From positions 280,852 to 339,185 of the forward strand of contig NW_004797951.1 in the NCBI RefSeq assembly GCF_000002075.1: a stretch of 58,334 bases of DNA. The letters are read 5' to 3'. Under the pieces are notes generated by a model. The model was not told where the DNA came from. It saw nothing but the letters and a program-made list of their open reading frames with translations, and ran no database searches. Position numbers and translations under genes: made by a program. This document shows positions 25,936 to 37,391 of the stretch, piece after piece (the stretch's first letter is position 1; the number at the start of each line of letters is the position of its first letter). The stretch comes from Aplysia californica. Taxonomy: Eukaryota.

Positions 25936-28284
25936 ATTACATGTCTATTATTTAGAGAGGGGAGGTCTTTTGCTACACCCGCTGGATGGACAAAGGGGAC
26001 ACCTGCTATTGGTGAGATATATAGGTGTAGTTATAGATATACACTGGGTGCTGATGTAGATAGATTTATAGAAGATAGATATGTCATATAGAGAGATATA
26101 CAGATAGATGTACATACGTTTTTATACAGATGTTTATGATTGTGTGGATCATTGAATATAATATGTGTGAATGTTTATGATTGTGTGGATCATTGAATAT
26201 AATATGTGTGAATGTTTTTGATTGTGTGGATCATTGAATATTATAATATGTGTGAAAGTTTTTGATTGTGTGGGTCATTGAATATAATATGTGTGAATAT
26301 TTTTGATAGCATTTATGTTTTATGTGAGTGTGTTTGATAGTGTTAAGAATATGTGTGCATCTGGACAGCTGACCCTTGGGGCAGGTTTCTCTGCCTTTAT
26401 ATGAATAGGCCTGTATGTGTGTTTATATGTAAATCTGTATTTGGGTGCAAATGTGTGAGGTAATTTATGTCTGTGAGTGAGGATGTAAATGTGTTGGTGA
26501 GTGAATGTTTTATATATGTTATGAATGTTATGGAGAGGTATGTGTGTGTATGTGCGTGCGTGCATGCGTGCTTGCGCGTGTGTGAATGTTACTGCCAGTT
26601 TCCCTCTTTCTTCCCCATTTATTTGCACAAACTGTCCTATCCGTTGGTGGTTGGTGGGTGCTCTGGTGTGGTTTGCTTCTTCTTTCCTATCAAACATCTA
26701 TCGTCCTTATCTCCCCTCCTTCTTTTTTGTATTTGTTACTCTCTTGTAACACTTTTAATCTTCTGGCACTCATATGACCTTATGCAGTTGCGAGCGCCTT
26801 AAAACCTCTACCAAAACGATATTGTCTTCTCCTCGTCGCAGGTGTGGTAGCCCGCCACCCGGTGTTCTTGCCATTCATCCGCAAGCAGCTCACGGCAGAG
26901 GCAGTCGAGAAGTATTTCGAAGACAATTTTAGAGGGAGCCCTGCCAATGTCACCAACAAAGTTCAAAGGTAAACGGTTGTTGTCGGCGAGTGATATAGAG
27001 GTTGTAGTGTTGTTGTTGTTGGTGGTGTGAGGGGTGTATTTCCATCTGTGTGTTTGTTGGTGTGTATGTGGGTGTGACAAGATAATTGCTTTCCTTTTGT
27101 CATATTTTCCAATTCGAAGCCCATGTATGAGCAGAATAAGCAAGTAAAACAATTCAAGTCCTTATAATGACGGGGTTTCAATTCCATGACACATAATTTT
27201 GAGAAAATGAGATTCGAAGATTCACACTCTTATATATAGTTTAAAATGTTATTACACTTGTTTGTTAAGGCAAAAACAGCACCTGGATATGGATTGCTGG
27301 TGCCTCTATAAATAAATTATTGATGGTCGACTTATTTGTTTAGTGTCAAACTGAAAGAAAAAGGTCAGATTGTCTAGGGATTTTGACACAGCATGCTGAT
27401 CATCTGTGTCCGTAATGTGTAACGTCTAACTCGGTTCTCGAAAAAAGTGGAGCTAGAACCCTGTCATTCTAAGGACGTATGTGAATCATACACTCTTTAC
27501 AGTTTCACAGTGTTTCATATATGCCCACCTTTAAAGACCAGAAGAGTATTATTCATTTATTTAATCATTTAAGATAAGATAGGTAAGATAAATCTTTATT
27601 GTTCAGATCCTGGTACATTATACATTTGTGTATAAAAAAAAGTTTGTGTTATATGTATATATGTGTGCGGGTGTGCTTTTGTCAGTCAGGTGTAGACACC
27701 ACTTTATTTATGCTTCAATATATGTGACTGTGTTGGATGTTTGAACACATTTCCAGGTATGATGTGCCTGGGGTTGGCGGTCTCAACTTTGTCCTGAAAC
27801 ACTCGCTGGGCGGAGGCGGCATCGCTTCACTGCGCACAGATCCACAGGTGAGGTGGTGCTTTCTCTGTAAAAAGCCACATACAAGCTTGCACACGCAAGC
27901 ACACACTCAGACACACACTCACACACACACATGTAAGCACACACATACAAACAAAAAACGGGGATTTTAAAAATCCGTCATTACCGGATCCCTGTTATTA
28001 CCGGGCCTGTTATACATGGTTTCCTCTGTATTTTGTGGATCTGAAGTTAAAGTCCATAAGCAAGTATTCCTTCTTCCTTTGGTGAGTCTAATAGATGTGG
28101 TAAATGTGAAGCTGTCTGCGTAACTATCACTTCCATTTTATTTGTAATCACTGATGTGTTTGTAATTTACTCTTTCTTTATGTCTCTGCAGGGCAAAGGA
28201 ATGGGTCAGGAATTGCTCAACTTCAAAATCACGAATGTTCCGGACTTGAAGAGACTGGCGGAGGAAGCGGTCACTCAGAGTTAA
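8677..28284 (+). CDS. Acyclic terpene utilisation AtuA family protein (DUF1446 plus C-terminal AtuA domain), 663 aa, probably mitochondrial
   Basis: 18 exons: 8677-8863, 11715-11815, 12528-12597, 13045-13175, 13635-13723, 16582-16681, 17077-17120, 18203-18280, 18938-19190, 19930-20036, 20598-20706, 21137-21239, 22607-22646, 22984-23035, 23959-24175, 26842-26968, 27757-27847, 28192-28284. Total 1992 nt, all GT-AG and in frame. Motifs [111 protein letters not shown]. Confidence 0.93.
9357..9976. mobile_element. MITE with long imperfect TIRs, unclassified, TATA flanks, internal (CA)n
   Basis: Left ggtagcgtcaattgcc...aattgactttttgtcaattgccac is the reverse complement of right gtggcaattgacaaaaagtcaatt...ggcaattgacactacc. 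Confidence 0.8.
11138..11478. other. Assembly gap (others: 21311-21476, 21634-21733, 35114-35356, 50332-50471, 52226-52557)
   Basis: N runs, mostly next to microsatellites; the gene models stay in phase across them. Confidence 1.
12102..12330 (+). mobile_element. tRNA-derived SINE
   Basis: A box tggcctagtgg, anticodon-like loop ctcgtaa, B box ggttcg; core gttgtgtccttgggaaagg; TSD-like gga[c/g]atatcag on both sides. Confidence 0.8.
13767..14171 (-). mobile_element. Non-tRNA SINE-like retroposon, family A (about 380 bp)
   Basis: Homologous to the 19524, 22155 and 24181 copies; A-rich tail; TSD tgtgaactgt (13757-13766 / 14172-14181). Confidence 0.9.
15458..15522 (+). mobile_element. Tail-only retroposon (stem-loop plus A-run)
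   Basis: ttggcgctcatatgaccttatgcagttgagagcgccgtaaaaccct; TSD acactctac (15449-15457 / 15523-15531). Confidence 0.85.
16255..16420 (+). mobile_element. Degenerate family B copy
   Basis: gagtgctctcgtgtgggttgctccattcttcttatcaaacaactatcgtccttatctc; decayed tail. Confidence 0.7.
17545..17752 (+). mobile_element. 5'-truncated RTE-type LINE 3' end with (gat)n tail
   Basis: Homologous to 51680-52012; TSD aatggttaata. Confidence 0.8.
19524..19916 (+). mobile_element. SINE-like retroposon, family A
   Basis: Starts ccccccggggcagtgccactg, ends ggcgctc...gagcgcc..aaaaccctctact plus A-rich tail; TSD aattatt. Confidence 0.9.
20843..21022 (+). mobile_element. SINE-like retroposon, family B (about 170 bp; same tail as family A)
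   Basis: Body gtgctctggtgtggtttgct..ttctttcctatcaaacatctatcgtccttatct plus stem-loop tail plus A-run; TSD ct[a/g]attagtg. Confidence 0.85.
22155..22552 (+). mobile_element. SINE-like retroposon, family A
   Basis: Same 5' end and stem-loop tail, poly(A); TSD aaactttc. Confidence 0.9.
23683..23926. mobile_element. piggyBac-like MITE
   Basis: TTAA|ccctatccgta ... tacagattggg|TTAA; second copy at 49353-49592. Confidence 0.85.
24181..24600 (-). mobile_element. SINE-like retroposon, family A
   Basis: Reverse-complement copy inserted about 5 nt after the exon 15 donor. Confidence 0.9.
25113..25463 (+). repeat. Minisatellite, about 32-38 bp unit, about 10 copies
   Basis: gtggagatatata(ta)n-tgtatatgtgtcacaac repeated. 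Confidence 0.95.
25447..25858. mobile_element. TA-flanked MITE with TIR atatgtg...cgtggtg.aatcagg
   Basis: Left atatgtgtcacaacgtggtggaatcagg versus right cctgatttcaccacgctgcctcacatat; related copies at about 23320-23630, 49880-49960 and 53067-53335. Confidence 0.75.
26128..26306 (+). repeat. Minisatellite, about 41 bp unit, about 4 copies
   Basis: tgattgtgtggatcattgaatataatatgtgtgaatgttt. Confidence 0.95.
26640..26818 (+). mobile_element. SINE-like retroposon, family B
   Basis: Same body and tail; ends about 25 nt before the exon 16 acceptor. Confidence 0.85.
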
Positions 28285-28484
28285 TGCTGACCGCTGGATT
28301 AGTTGTCGGTTGTACACCATCATCCGGATTAAAATGGTTGTGTGTTTGTTATTGCTACAAAGATGTCAATTACAATTTTGATATAGTGTGTTTCTAGGAA
28401 TTATGATTGTTTGTTCTGAGATTGCAAGGTTAGAGGTATATGGTTTCTGTTAATACGATGTCGCCTTTTTTAAGATGTACAACG

Positions 28485-28800
28485 TGTTTATTTTACGTTA
28501 ACAACATCTGTTGGGAATTTGACAGCAACGTGTTTTGTTTTTTTGTACATTGACACTTGTTGAGAATTTGACAGCAAAATTGTACGTTAACAACATCTGT
28601 TGGGAATTTGACAGCAACGTGCTTTGTTTTTTTTGTACATTGACACTTGTTGAGAATTTGACAGCGAAATGGGTTGGTTTTTATTGTACGTTAACAACAC
28701 TTGTTGAGAATTTGACAGCAAAGTGGTGTTGGGTTTTTTGGTAAGTTGACCAAACAATTGTTGAGAATTTGACAGCAACATGTTTTTTTGTACATTGACT
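28485..28800 (+). repeat. Imperfect tandem repeat in the AtuA 3' region
   Basis: Core tgttg[g/a]gaatttgacagc occurs six times (28508, 28558, 28598, 28648, 28702, 28759). Confidence 0.9.
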
Positions 28801-29816
28801 TATTCTTAAAATTCATAACATCAACATGTTTATAGGTACATCGACGTCTGCTTAGCTTATGGCATTATTTTGTTTATCTGTACTCTGGCAAGGCTATTGT
28901 CTTTCTTTCCTAAGCCTGCCGACGGTATACGCCCGGGTGGCGTAAACAGATTCTTGTTGACCCGCTCAAGTGGTGAAGTTGTTATATATATATTATTTTC
29001 TAGGCCTTTTTCAGGCCTGATGTGTGTGTGTATGTGTCTGTCTGTCAGATAAACATGTCTTGTGTTGCTCAGAATGAAGAGTTATATTTTCCTCCAAGTG
29101 TTATATATATATATATATTTGTGTGAATCAAAATCTTTCCCGTTTTTGTAAGGTTGGCATTGTTCATTTTCCTCTCTGAAAATGTTTTTCCAAGTTTTCA
29201 TAGTAATGGAAAAGTAGAAAGTTTCAATTTTGGGAACATATGAAAGAGATTTGTGGATTTTTTCATACTTGTCAAAGATTTATTCGTATGTTTACTATTT
29301 TTGTTGAAACAATAGCCCATGGGTAGCAAACTCTTTATCAAGAGTTTTGTAAGTTTTGTCAGTATTGAATTCATCTCAGGGATGGCCAATGTATTTAATT
29401 TTAGCTGCTTTTGTACACTATGGCATCTATGGCCTATTAGTTAGTCTACTAGTCTACTGGACTCGTGGTTGTAAGGCTGTGGGTTTTATTCCTGGCTGCA
29501 GGCACTATTTAATTTTCTGTCTTGCCACTGCAGTTTAACCCATTGACTGCCAGACCTGCTCCTCAGTGCAATCAAAGAGCTCAAGGGCCTGGCATTGAAG
29601 GAGTTAATTCTGTGCGGAATTTTCAGAACATTCCCGGTCTAACAGTGTTTGCCCCACCGTCATTTGTCACGAGCTCACGTTTTGTTTGTTGTTTACTTCA
29701 AGACAACAGATTTGTACATCATCTGGGAGGCATCGATGTTTTGTTGAAAACCATCCTTTTTATTGGCAGACATTATGAAGCTTTTTCACTGTCCAAGCGA
29801 GGCGCATGCTACCTTA

Positions 29817-30155
29817 GTGGCGTGGGTGGCCTAGTGGTTAGGCTAACGGACTCGTAATCTTGAGGTTGTGGGTTCGGGGGTTCGAGCCACGGGCCCTACG
29901 TTGTGTCCTTAGGAAAGGCACTTTACGCGAATTCTCCTCATTTGAGAATGGGTACCCGGCCATAGACAGTGAAAGGTCTTGTTAGTGTTTTAGCCCCTAT
30001 AAATGGCCGCTCTCAATGCATACTTCCCAGGAAGTTGAGGTTGTTTCAGAGTGCTCTCAGGTCTGCTGGGGTAATAGTATAGATTGTGAAGCGCACAGAG
30101 CTTACTGTTGAGTGGGGACTTGTGCCATACAAATGCTATCTATTATTATTTTATT
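29817..30155 (+). mobile_element. tRNA-derived SINE with L2/CR1-like (att)n tail
   Basis: Same head and core as the 12102 copy but a different 3' part ending gtgccatacaaatgctatctattattatt; related tail fragments at about 14388-14457 (-) and 52595-52660 (+). Confidence 0.8.
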
Positions 30156-33100
30156 CGAGCATTGTGGAAACATTGTGGTTTAGAAACAGACGTGGAGCTA
30201 GTAATTTTGCCTTGTTATTTAATCCAAATACTTTGTCCTTCTAATAGTACGTTATTTTTTTAGATGTGTTTGCCACACATGACTATCGATCATGAACATT
30301 TTATGTATTTTTGTATTGCTTATAAAGGATTACTGTTGTTTATCTCACTGTCAGAGGTAGAAATATTTTCTTAAGAATTGTTGGGGGGTTTTTTTTCTTT
30401 CGTTACGGTATTAAGGTATTTAAAGTTGACATGCTCAGGGCCTGAGGAATGATTTACGGTTGTCCAACTTCATTTCTCGAGGTTTTCTTTGTTGTTAAAA
30501 GTTCTAATGAAGTGCGCTAATGCTGACTTTACTTGTTATTTTTCTAAATCTGCTAAAGCTTGGAATCTTGTTTTCTCAGAATATTATAATATAAATTTAT
30601 AGACAATAGGTAAGGATTGTCTAATGGCTTGACAAATGAGTTCCGTATTTTGAATAGGTTGTAAAATTCACTGTTCTGTCGTCATAGTCAAGTTCAAGTT
30701 CGTCACTCAAAACGGAAAGATTGATTCTTGAATGATTTCTAGATTTTCCCAAAGATATTTCTGGTTGTTGCACATTTATTTTTTGTACTTGTTGGCTCAA
30801 TATGGGCAAGTCAGAATTTACATTCTAATGAGATTTCATTTGGAGAGTGCGCAATACAGGCCATGAATGTAGTAGTATAAAGATTTTGTTGTATATGTTT
30901 ACAGCACAGTTTGTTTCTTTTAAATTGAACCCATCTATATTTGAATTCATTTGAGGTTTTTTGTTTACATTTCCCAAAGTAACTCTGCTTTGGATTGTTT
31001 CCATTTTCAAAATTGATTTTGAAAATTTCTATGGCTATTTGTACAACTCAGGTGACTTAGTAGATATTGGACACAATGCACAGAAGATTGTATTTTGGCA
31101 AATGAAATGTTCTATATATAATTTACAGTAGGTGTGTATTGCTGGTAGGTAGCAGGTCCATGTCATTGCAGGTCAAAGTTCATAGTGTGAAAGAAATGTC
31201 TGGGCCTTGACCTCATTCACAAAGAGGTTTGATGTGATCTATGTTCAAGTGTGTCTCTGACCTTGAACTGTCATCATGTTATTTGAGATATGTTAAACCC
31301 AAAAGTATTGTTTTATGAAGTCATACTGGCCTAATGAAAACCTGGGAAATAGGTCAATCAAAGCAAAACTTCTCCTCAATTCTCTTACAGAGTTCTGTAT
31401 GAAATCTTTGTCCCATGGTCTATTATTGTCTCTCTCTATTTATGTAAACAATTTTACAAGATCGCCCATTCTGTTGGGTTTTTTTTTTTTTATTATGAAG
31501 AAAGTTTTATGACCACAGGTATCATGGGTCATTTTCAGGTCAGACCCAAAAACACTTTTTTTAATTAATATTATTCAACACGAATTTGTCTCCTTTTGAA
31601 AAAAGAAAAAACAAAGTGGATATATATGTTGTGTTTGTTGAAAATGTGGGATCTCATCAACTTGGATTTCAGCATATTTCAAAAATCAGCTCTAAGCCTG
31701 ACATCGTGTTTACTGCAAAAATAAAGTTACTTTTGTCTATTCAGTAAATAGGTGAATTATAATAGAAACTGTCTTTATTCTCAAAATGGATGTGTCGCAT
31801 TTTGTCTCAGAACTGTTCCGATACTATGTATGTCTGTTTTAACCAGAAAATGTTTGTTGTTCGCCCTTGGTATTATTTACCCTTTGTTATTGAACCTGTC
31901 AAACTCTGTGGTTCCCATTTTACTTTTAAAATTTACCTTTTATTTTTTAAAGAATATATTGTGATAATGATCTTCTCAGCTCGTGAAAGGCAGTCTAAAT
32001 CATACATTATTGAAATAGGAAAAAGTTTTAGGGACGTATCAAAGCTTTTCTCTAAATTGACTTCTTTCAAGATCTCCTCCCTGCTGTTTTCTTTGAGAGG
32101 GGTGGAAAGTAATGTAGAGGAAAGAAAAAAAGATTGTTGCCCTATAGTGTCCATTATCATTATAGTGAGTTTGTGAAGACTATTTGTTCAGCTGCTAGCA
32201 CTGACTAGAGCTAAGGACAGTTTAGCTCCGCCCCAGTACAGACAGTTTGTTCTTTTAGTGCTACTGACCAGAGCTGAGGGAAAGAAATTTTGTTGAGCTT
32301 TGTACTTTCGTTCGGAAAACTTTTTTTTTAACCTGCTGCTCTTTTTACTTCAGAACTTTTTGCTGTTGAAATTCCACAATCAAGCTATGCATATATTTTG
32401 TTGGCCTTCATCTTTTTTTTTCTTGTTTGCATATACAGTGCCTGAGTATGAGATTAATACTTGCTGTATTTCGCTCGTGTTGTCAGCCTTGTTTTTGTCA
32501 AACCAAAGTGATACATTTTGAAGTCTGGGCATCCTGTGTTTGTGCCTGACTTTTTGGCAAACTCACGGGCATTTCTTCCAGTTTTTGTTACTATTTTTTA
32601 CTTTTGTGTTATTTTTTGTTGTGATTACTTCTCTGCATCAATTATACAGGTCTATTTCCTGTGCCAGACATCTTGGGTGTTTTCTGGTTGATAGTATATT
32701 TAGACTAAGTTTTCATTAGCCAATATGATTCACCTTTTGACAAACACCGAAAAATTATTTAACTTGCTGCTTTCTTTTCCTTGAATTTTAACATCATTCA
32801 GTCCTCGACTTAGGTAATTTTATGTTACTTTTGCAATTTCGTTAGTCCTGTTTGTTTATCAAAAATCGCTCAAGTGGATTATGATCCTACTGTCTGAAAA
32901 GAAACAAAGTGCAAGTCAAAGGATTTGTTTCGCTCTCTGTTCATTGTTTTCGACAGACAAAGAGGGAGACTCTACTAAACTGAGAGTGACTTGTTGATGT
33001 TTTGAAGAATTCCATTACACAATCTTTTGTTGTTGTTGATGTTGTTGTTGATGCCATTATTCTTAAGTTTGCATACCAATGCTGTGTGTTACATGTATTT

Positions 33101-33814
33101 ATTCCTCTCTCGAAAAAGCTTTAGTTTTACTATATCCATCTTTTATGCTTTATATCCCAGCTAGGCTGCGTCTGGGGCGAGGGGGCATAGTTGGAGCTAA
33201 AAATACATCTTCTTAACTAAATCAAGAGTTAAACTTGTGTGTATTTGAAAAAGAGAAACTATTTGCACAATTTTCATTTGATTTTTTATAGTCGTTAGCC
33301 AATTTACTTTTCAATTTTTTAACGGTTGGTTAGACATGCTCCATTTTGCAGAATCTAATATTTATTTTCCTGCAGGTGGTATGTGTGCAGGTTTTCTAAC
33401 TTTCAACTCTTGTTCATTGATACTCTACGGTCAAGCTAGTGTAGATGATATCAGTCAGCACTTTTAATGGGTTCTCGGTTTAGCTCTATTTTCTGCCACT
33501 CCTTTGAATGTGATGGCAACCCATTCCTCAGTCACTTCGACATTGGGACCTGCTCCTTTTTTATGATCACTTATTTACTGTACAGACGTGACTGCTTTGT
33601 CTTAATTCTGGTTACAATTTGTTAGAAGTTACATGTAGTGATAATTTTATCTTGACCAAGCTTCGAATGGACAATGGAGACAAGATGAAATGGCAAGATT
33701 TGAGAAATGCAATCATTCATTCGGTTTCTTTAGCTTTGAATGCAGTGAATAATGTTTACTTTTGATTTGCTTTCACTCTGTGGTTCAAGCTGTCTACTTT
33801 TTTTAACAAAAGAG

Positions 33815-33886
33815 ATTGGCGCTCATATGACCTTATGCAGTGGCAAGTGCCATAAAATCTCTACTAAAAAAAAACAACTAAAGAAA
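33815..33886 (+). mobile_element. Tail-only retroposon (stem-loop plus A-run)
   Basis: ttggcgctcatatgaccttatgcagtggcaagtgccataaaa; TSD aacaaaag[a/g]g. Confidence 0.8.
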
Positions 33887-35959
33887 AACAAAAGGGTTTT
33901 ACTATTGTCTATCAGTATCAGCTTGTGAAGCTGCAAACAGTCATAATATATAGTTGTAACTTTTTTGGTCACCTAAGTACTTTTGAAGAGGAACTGGTGT
34001 ACGTGTATTTAGTTGTGCAAACATTATAGTGCATTACACATAACCAGTCAAAATATTTGTTGTTGAAAATAAAGAACTAAGTTAAAAAAATAAATTGATG
34101 CCAACAAAAACTACCGTGTTCCTGTTGTTTTTTTCTTATGTTGTCATGTTGTTGGCTGGTCTTCATCTCTTTTCTTTTTTTTTGTGTGGGGAAAGGGGGG
34201 GAAGAGTTGGTTGATCTTTAGGGTACATCTATGAACGGTGACAGCAATTGGTTTTATTTGCCTTTCAGAGATAAACAATGTAGCCTACATTTCTTGTATT
34301 TAGTACAAGAAAAAGCCAATGGCAAAGGGAAAGTGAGTTTATGTCAAAAGTTGTGGGTTTTGGTCCAGGGTGGCACAATATAATATTTAGGCTAATATAG
34401 GGCCTACAAAAATTTGCAACCTTTTTTTTTTTTTTTTTTAAACATATTTTCCGCATACATCATGTACATGATCCAAATCGAAGGTGGCTATAATCGTATC
34501 CAGTACTGAAAGGCCTTATCTACACCTTCATATTTGAAACACATATTTAATATTGTTGTTAAGTGGTAGCTAGAAATGGAGGAGTGATTTTCTTAAATTT
34601 AAGCTGACACGAACTGAGAAAACTGATATGTAGGAACAATTTCCAACAGATACCTGCGAACATCATGTGGCTATTCAACAAACTGAAAAAGGACGGAATT
34701 TTAAATTGAGTAGGGGAAAAATGACTTTAGAGTTTGAGTAAAGAGAAATACATGAATTCAATCATGGTGATTTAGTGGAGGAGGACAAAGACGCATAGAA
34801 ACAGCAGAGAGAAAGGGTCTTGTGAGGTGGAGGAGGAGGAAGCACAGAAGAGAAATGTACGTACGAGAATATACTGTACTTCCATGATCTTTTCCATGCG
34901 TGCCAGGGCGTTTGGTAATGCGCGAGTCGTATAGACCTATTGCCTGACCCCTACAGTAGCAAACCAAACATTAAATTAAATTGTTTTATACCTACAATGA
35001 GAAATTATCTAGATCTAGTAGTATACATGTGCACTTCAATATATTGAAACTTGATCTTTCATTTTCTTCTACGTCCTTTTTTTCGTGCTGGGTTTTTATT
35101 GGAGGGGGGGGGGNNNNNNNNNNNNNNNNNNNNNNNNNNNNNNNNNNNNNNNNNNNNNNNNNNNNNNNNNNNNNNNNNNNNNNNNNNNNNNNNNNNNNNN
35201 NNNNNNNNNNNNNNNNNNNNNNNNNNNNNNNNNNNNNNNNNNNNNNNNNNNNNNNNNNNNNNNNNNNNNNNNNNNNNNNNNNNNNNNNNNNNNNNNNNNN
35301 NNNNNNNNNNNNNNNNNNNNNNNNNNNNNNNNNNNNNNNNNNNNNNNNNNNNNNNNTTTATTCCTGACTGTTTTTGAGGCTACTCCTGGCTCCTTTTTAC
35401 CTCTGTCTTTCAGCCACACCCCTGATCTTGGGGTAGGTTAGATCTAATTACGCGCTGGCCTCCTCGGATAAGGGCGGAAAATCTCGGCGTCGGAGCTCCC
35501 GTGTGTATGAATTTGCGTACGCTGATAAGATCCCATTGGTGGTCCTAAAATTAATAAGAGCAGGCTTTGGTCGCCACCAAGGCAAAACTCAAAATTCATA
35601 ACATAACTTAAAATACTCTAGTCAGTTCAAAAACATAATATTATATAGTGTGCCTTTGAAATCTAAATGTGACCGCCTGAAGGCACTGCATGGGCCCTAC
35701 TATAATAAAGTAGGCAAAGCAGTCACAACATAAAAATCAGTTGCCCTGCAGGTTGAAGAACCAGCAATCGACAGCCCCTCAAATCTAGCAGGGGAACCCA
35801 AAGAAAAGAAAAAGAAAACCGAAATCGACTTTGCCTTTTTGTTGTAGTTGTTGTTGTTTTTTTAAAACAAAATTATGCTCTTTGGTATTCATCAATGATA
35901 GCGCCGCAAGAAGCGGGAGAAAATTCAAAGGGGTACAATCTGATACGACCACCGTTTGC

Positions 35960-36128
35960 GACTTATAAGTCGACGCATGCGCAGTGCCCAGTGTGCAGTG
36001 CTTATTTTCCAAAATAAGTTGTGCCAACAATGGTGGATGGATGGACGAATAGCTTGGTTTTGTAAACCTCCATTAGTTCTGAGACGTTTTCAAACATTCT
36101 GATCGTTTGAACACTTCCGTCAAAATAA
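35960..36128 (+). promoter_or_regulatory. Putative promoter and non-coding first exon of the MULE/DIRS-derived gene
   Basis: CpG-containing patch with CGCATGCGCA (35974-35983, NRF1-like); donor-like gtaaga at 36129; the next strong acceptors are at 37108 and 37368. Confidence 0.5.
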
Positions 36129-37391
36129 GTAAGACGTCTCAATGTTTAAAGTTTTGTGTGTTTTATATACCTTCTCGGCGAGATCCGAGCATTTTAGGAC
36201 GAAATTTGCAATGATCCTTTCTACACACACGATGCACGACGAAAAGCTACATTGTTCGTAGCTGGGTTTTACAGTTTATTTGCCGCCAGATGAATTTTCT
36301 AATTCCAATTGAACTAATACATATAAAAATGACGAAAAAATGCGGACGTTCTGTATACAGTAATGTGGCTGGAAAAAAGATTTCAAGCTTCATAATTCGA
36401 GCACCTCAAAACCTGAGACAGTCCTCTGACTCTGACAATCATCCATCATTCATTGCACCGTTATTTCTCCTACACTCTCACTGTTCTATTTAATTTCTCT
36501 AGCCTATTTTGTATTTTTAGTCTATTAGCCATACAAAAAAATTATGGTAAATTATAAATTACGTTATTATATATATCTGTAATATATTTAATCATCAATA
36601 GCCCTTAATAGGCCTCTAGCTATTATTTATAATTTGAAGTTGAGCTTCTTACTCGACCCGTATTATATAAAATACTAAATTAATTAATGGCCTACATGAC
36701 CACATTTTGTCTCTCTATACTATGCTAAATGTTGACTTAAAATAATATTACATGATAACAGACTACAGTTTCTTAGTGAAAGGAAAATATCTGTGAATGG
36801 GCCAGCTTTTTTTTACACTATATTAAATGGACAATCAAATGCTTTGACCGCATGAGAAGAGACAAGTGAAGTGCCATATATCGCATCGTTTTGCGATTGA
36901 CCCACAGTTGAGATCACATTCGTATCTAGATAAAAATCATTTTATGTAAGTGTGCATGTAGTGTTTAGATTTCGTCATCTGCTTAAGATTCATGTCAACT
37001 CCTCTTCCTTCACTTCAACCCCTCGATATCTCACTTCTTTTCCCCTTCATTAAAAAATAAAAATTACCTCACTTTCGCATATTATTATATGTCTCTTTTT
37101 CCTTGCAGCTATGGTAAAGCAGCTCAAAAAATGTTAATGCCTTGAGCCCAAAAATCAGCTTCTTAGCCTGTGGATTTCAATTTTTAGAATGGGTTCCCAG
37201 TTCATAGGCATGCAAATTGTAGAGAAAAAATGATGGAAAAGCGGGCTCTTATAGATGGATTGGGTTCTTATGCAGAGTGTTGTTAGGCAGACACCACTGT
37301 ACATCATTTGCTTTACTTAGTGTACATCATATAAGCTTACGTTGTTTTTGGTTTCTTTATTCTTTCAGACTGTGTCTTGACAAAAAAAACT

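Larger units (their letters stand above)
24712..26020 (+). repeat. Degenerate tandem copies of the 3' end of AtuA exon 15 plus donor and intron start
   Basis: Copies near 24715, 24879, 25050 and 25952 carry ...gggacaaaggggacacctgcaatattggt[t/g]ag-like sequence. Confidence 0.85.

Noticed and set aside
8677-28284. Bacterial contamination or recent HGT of atuA
   Set aside because: Seventeen spliceosomal introns, host repeats and a shared promoter with a core animal gene.
31790-32176. 128-aa ORF in the AtuA downstream region
   Set aside because: Low-information AT-rich translation, with no homology or splice support.
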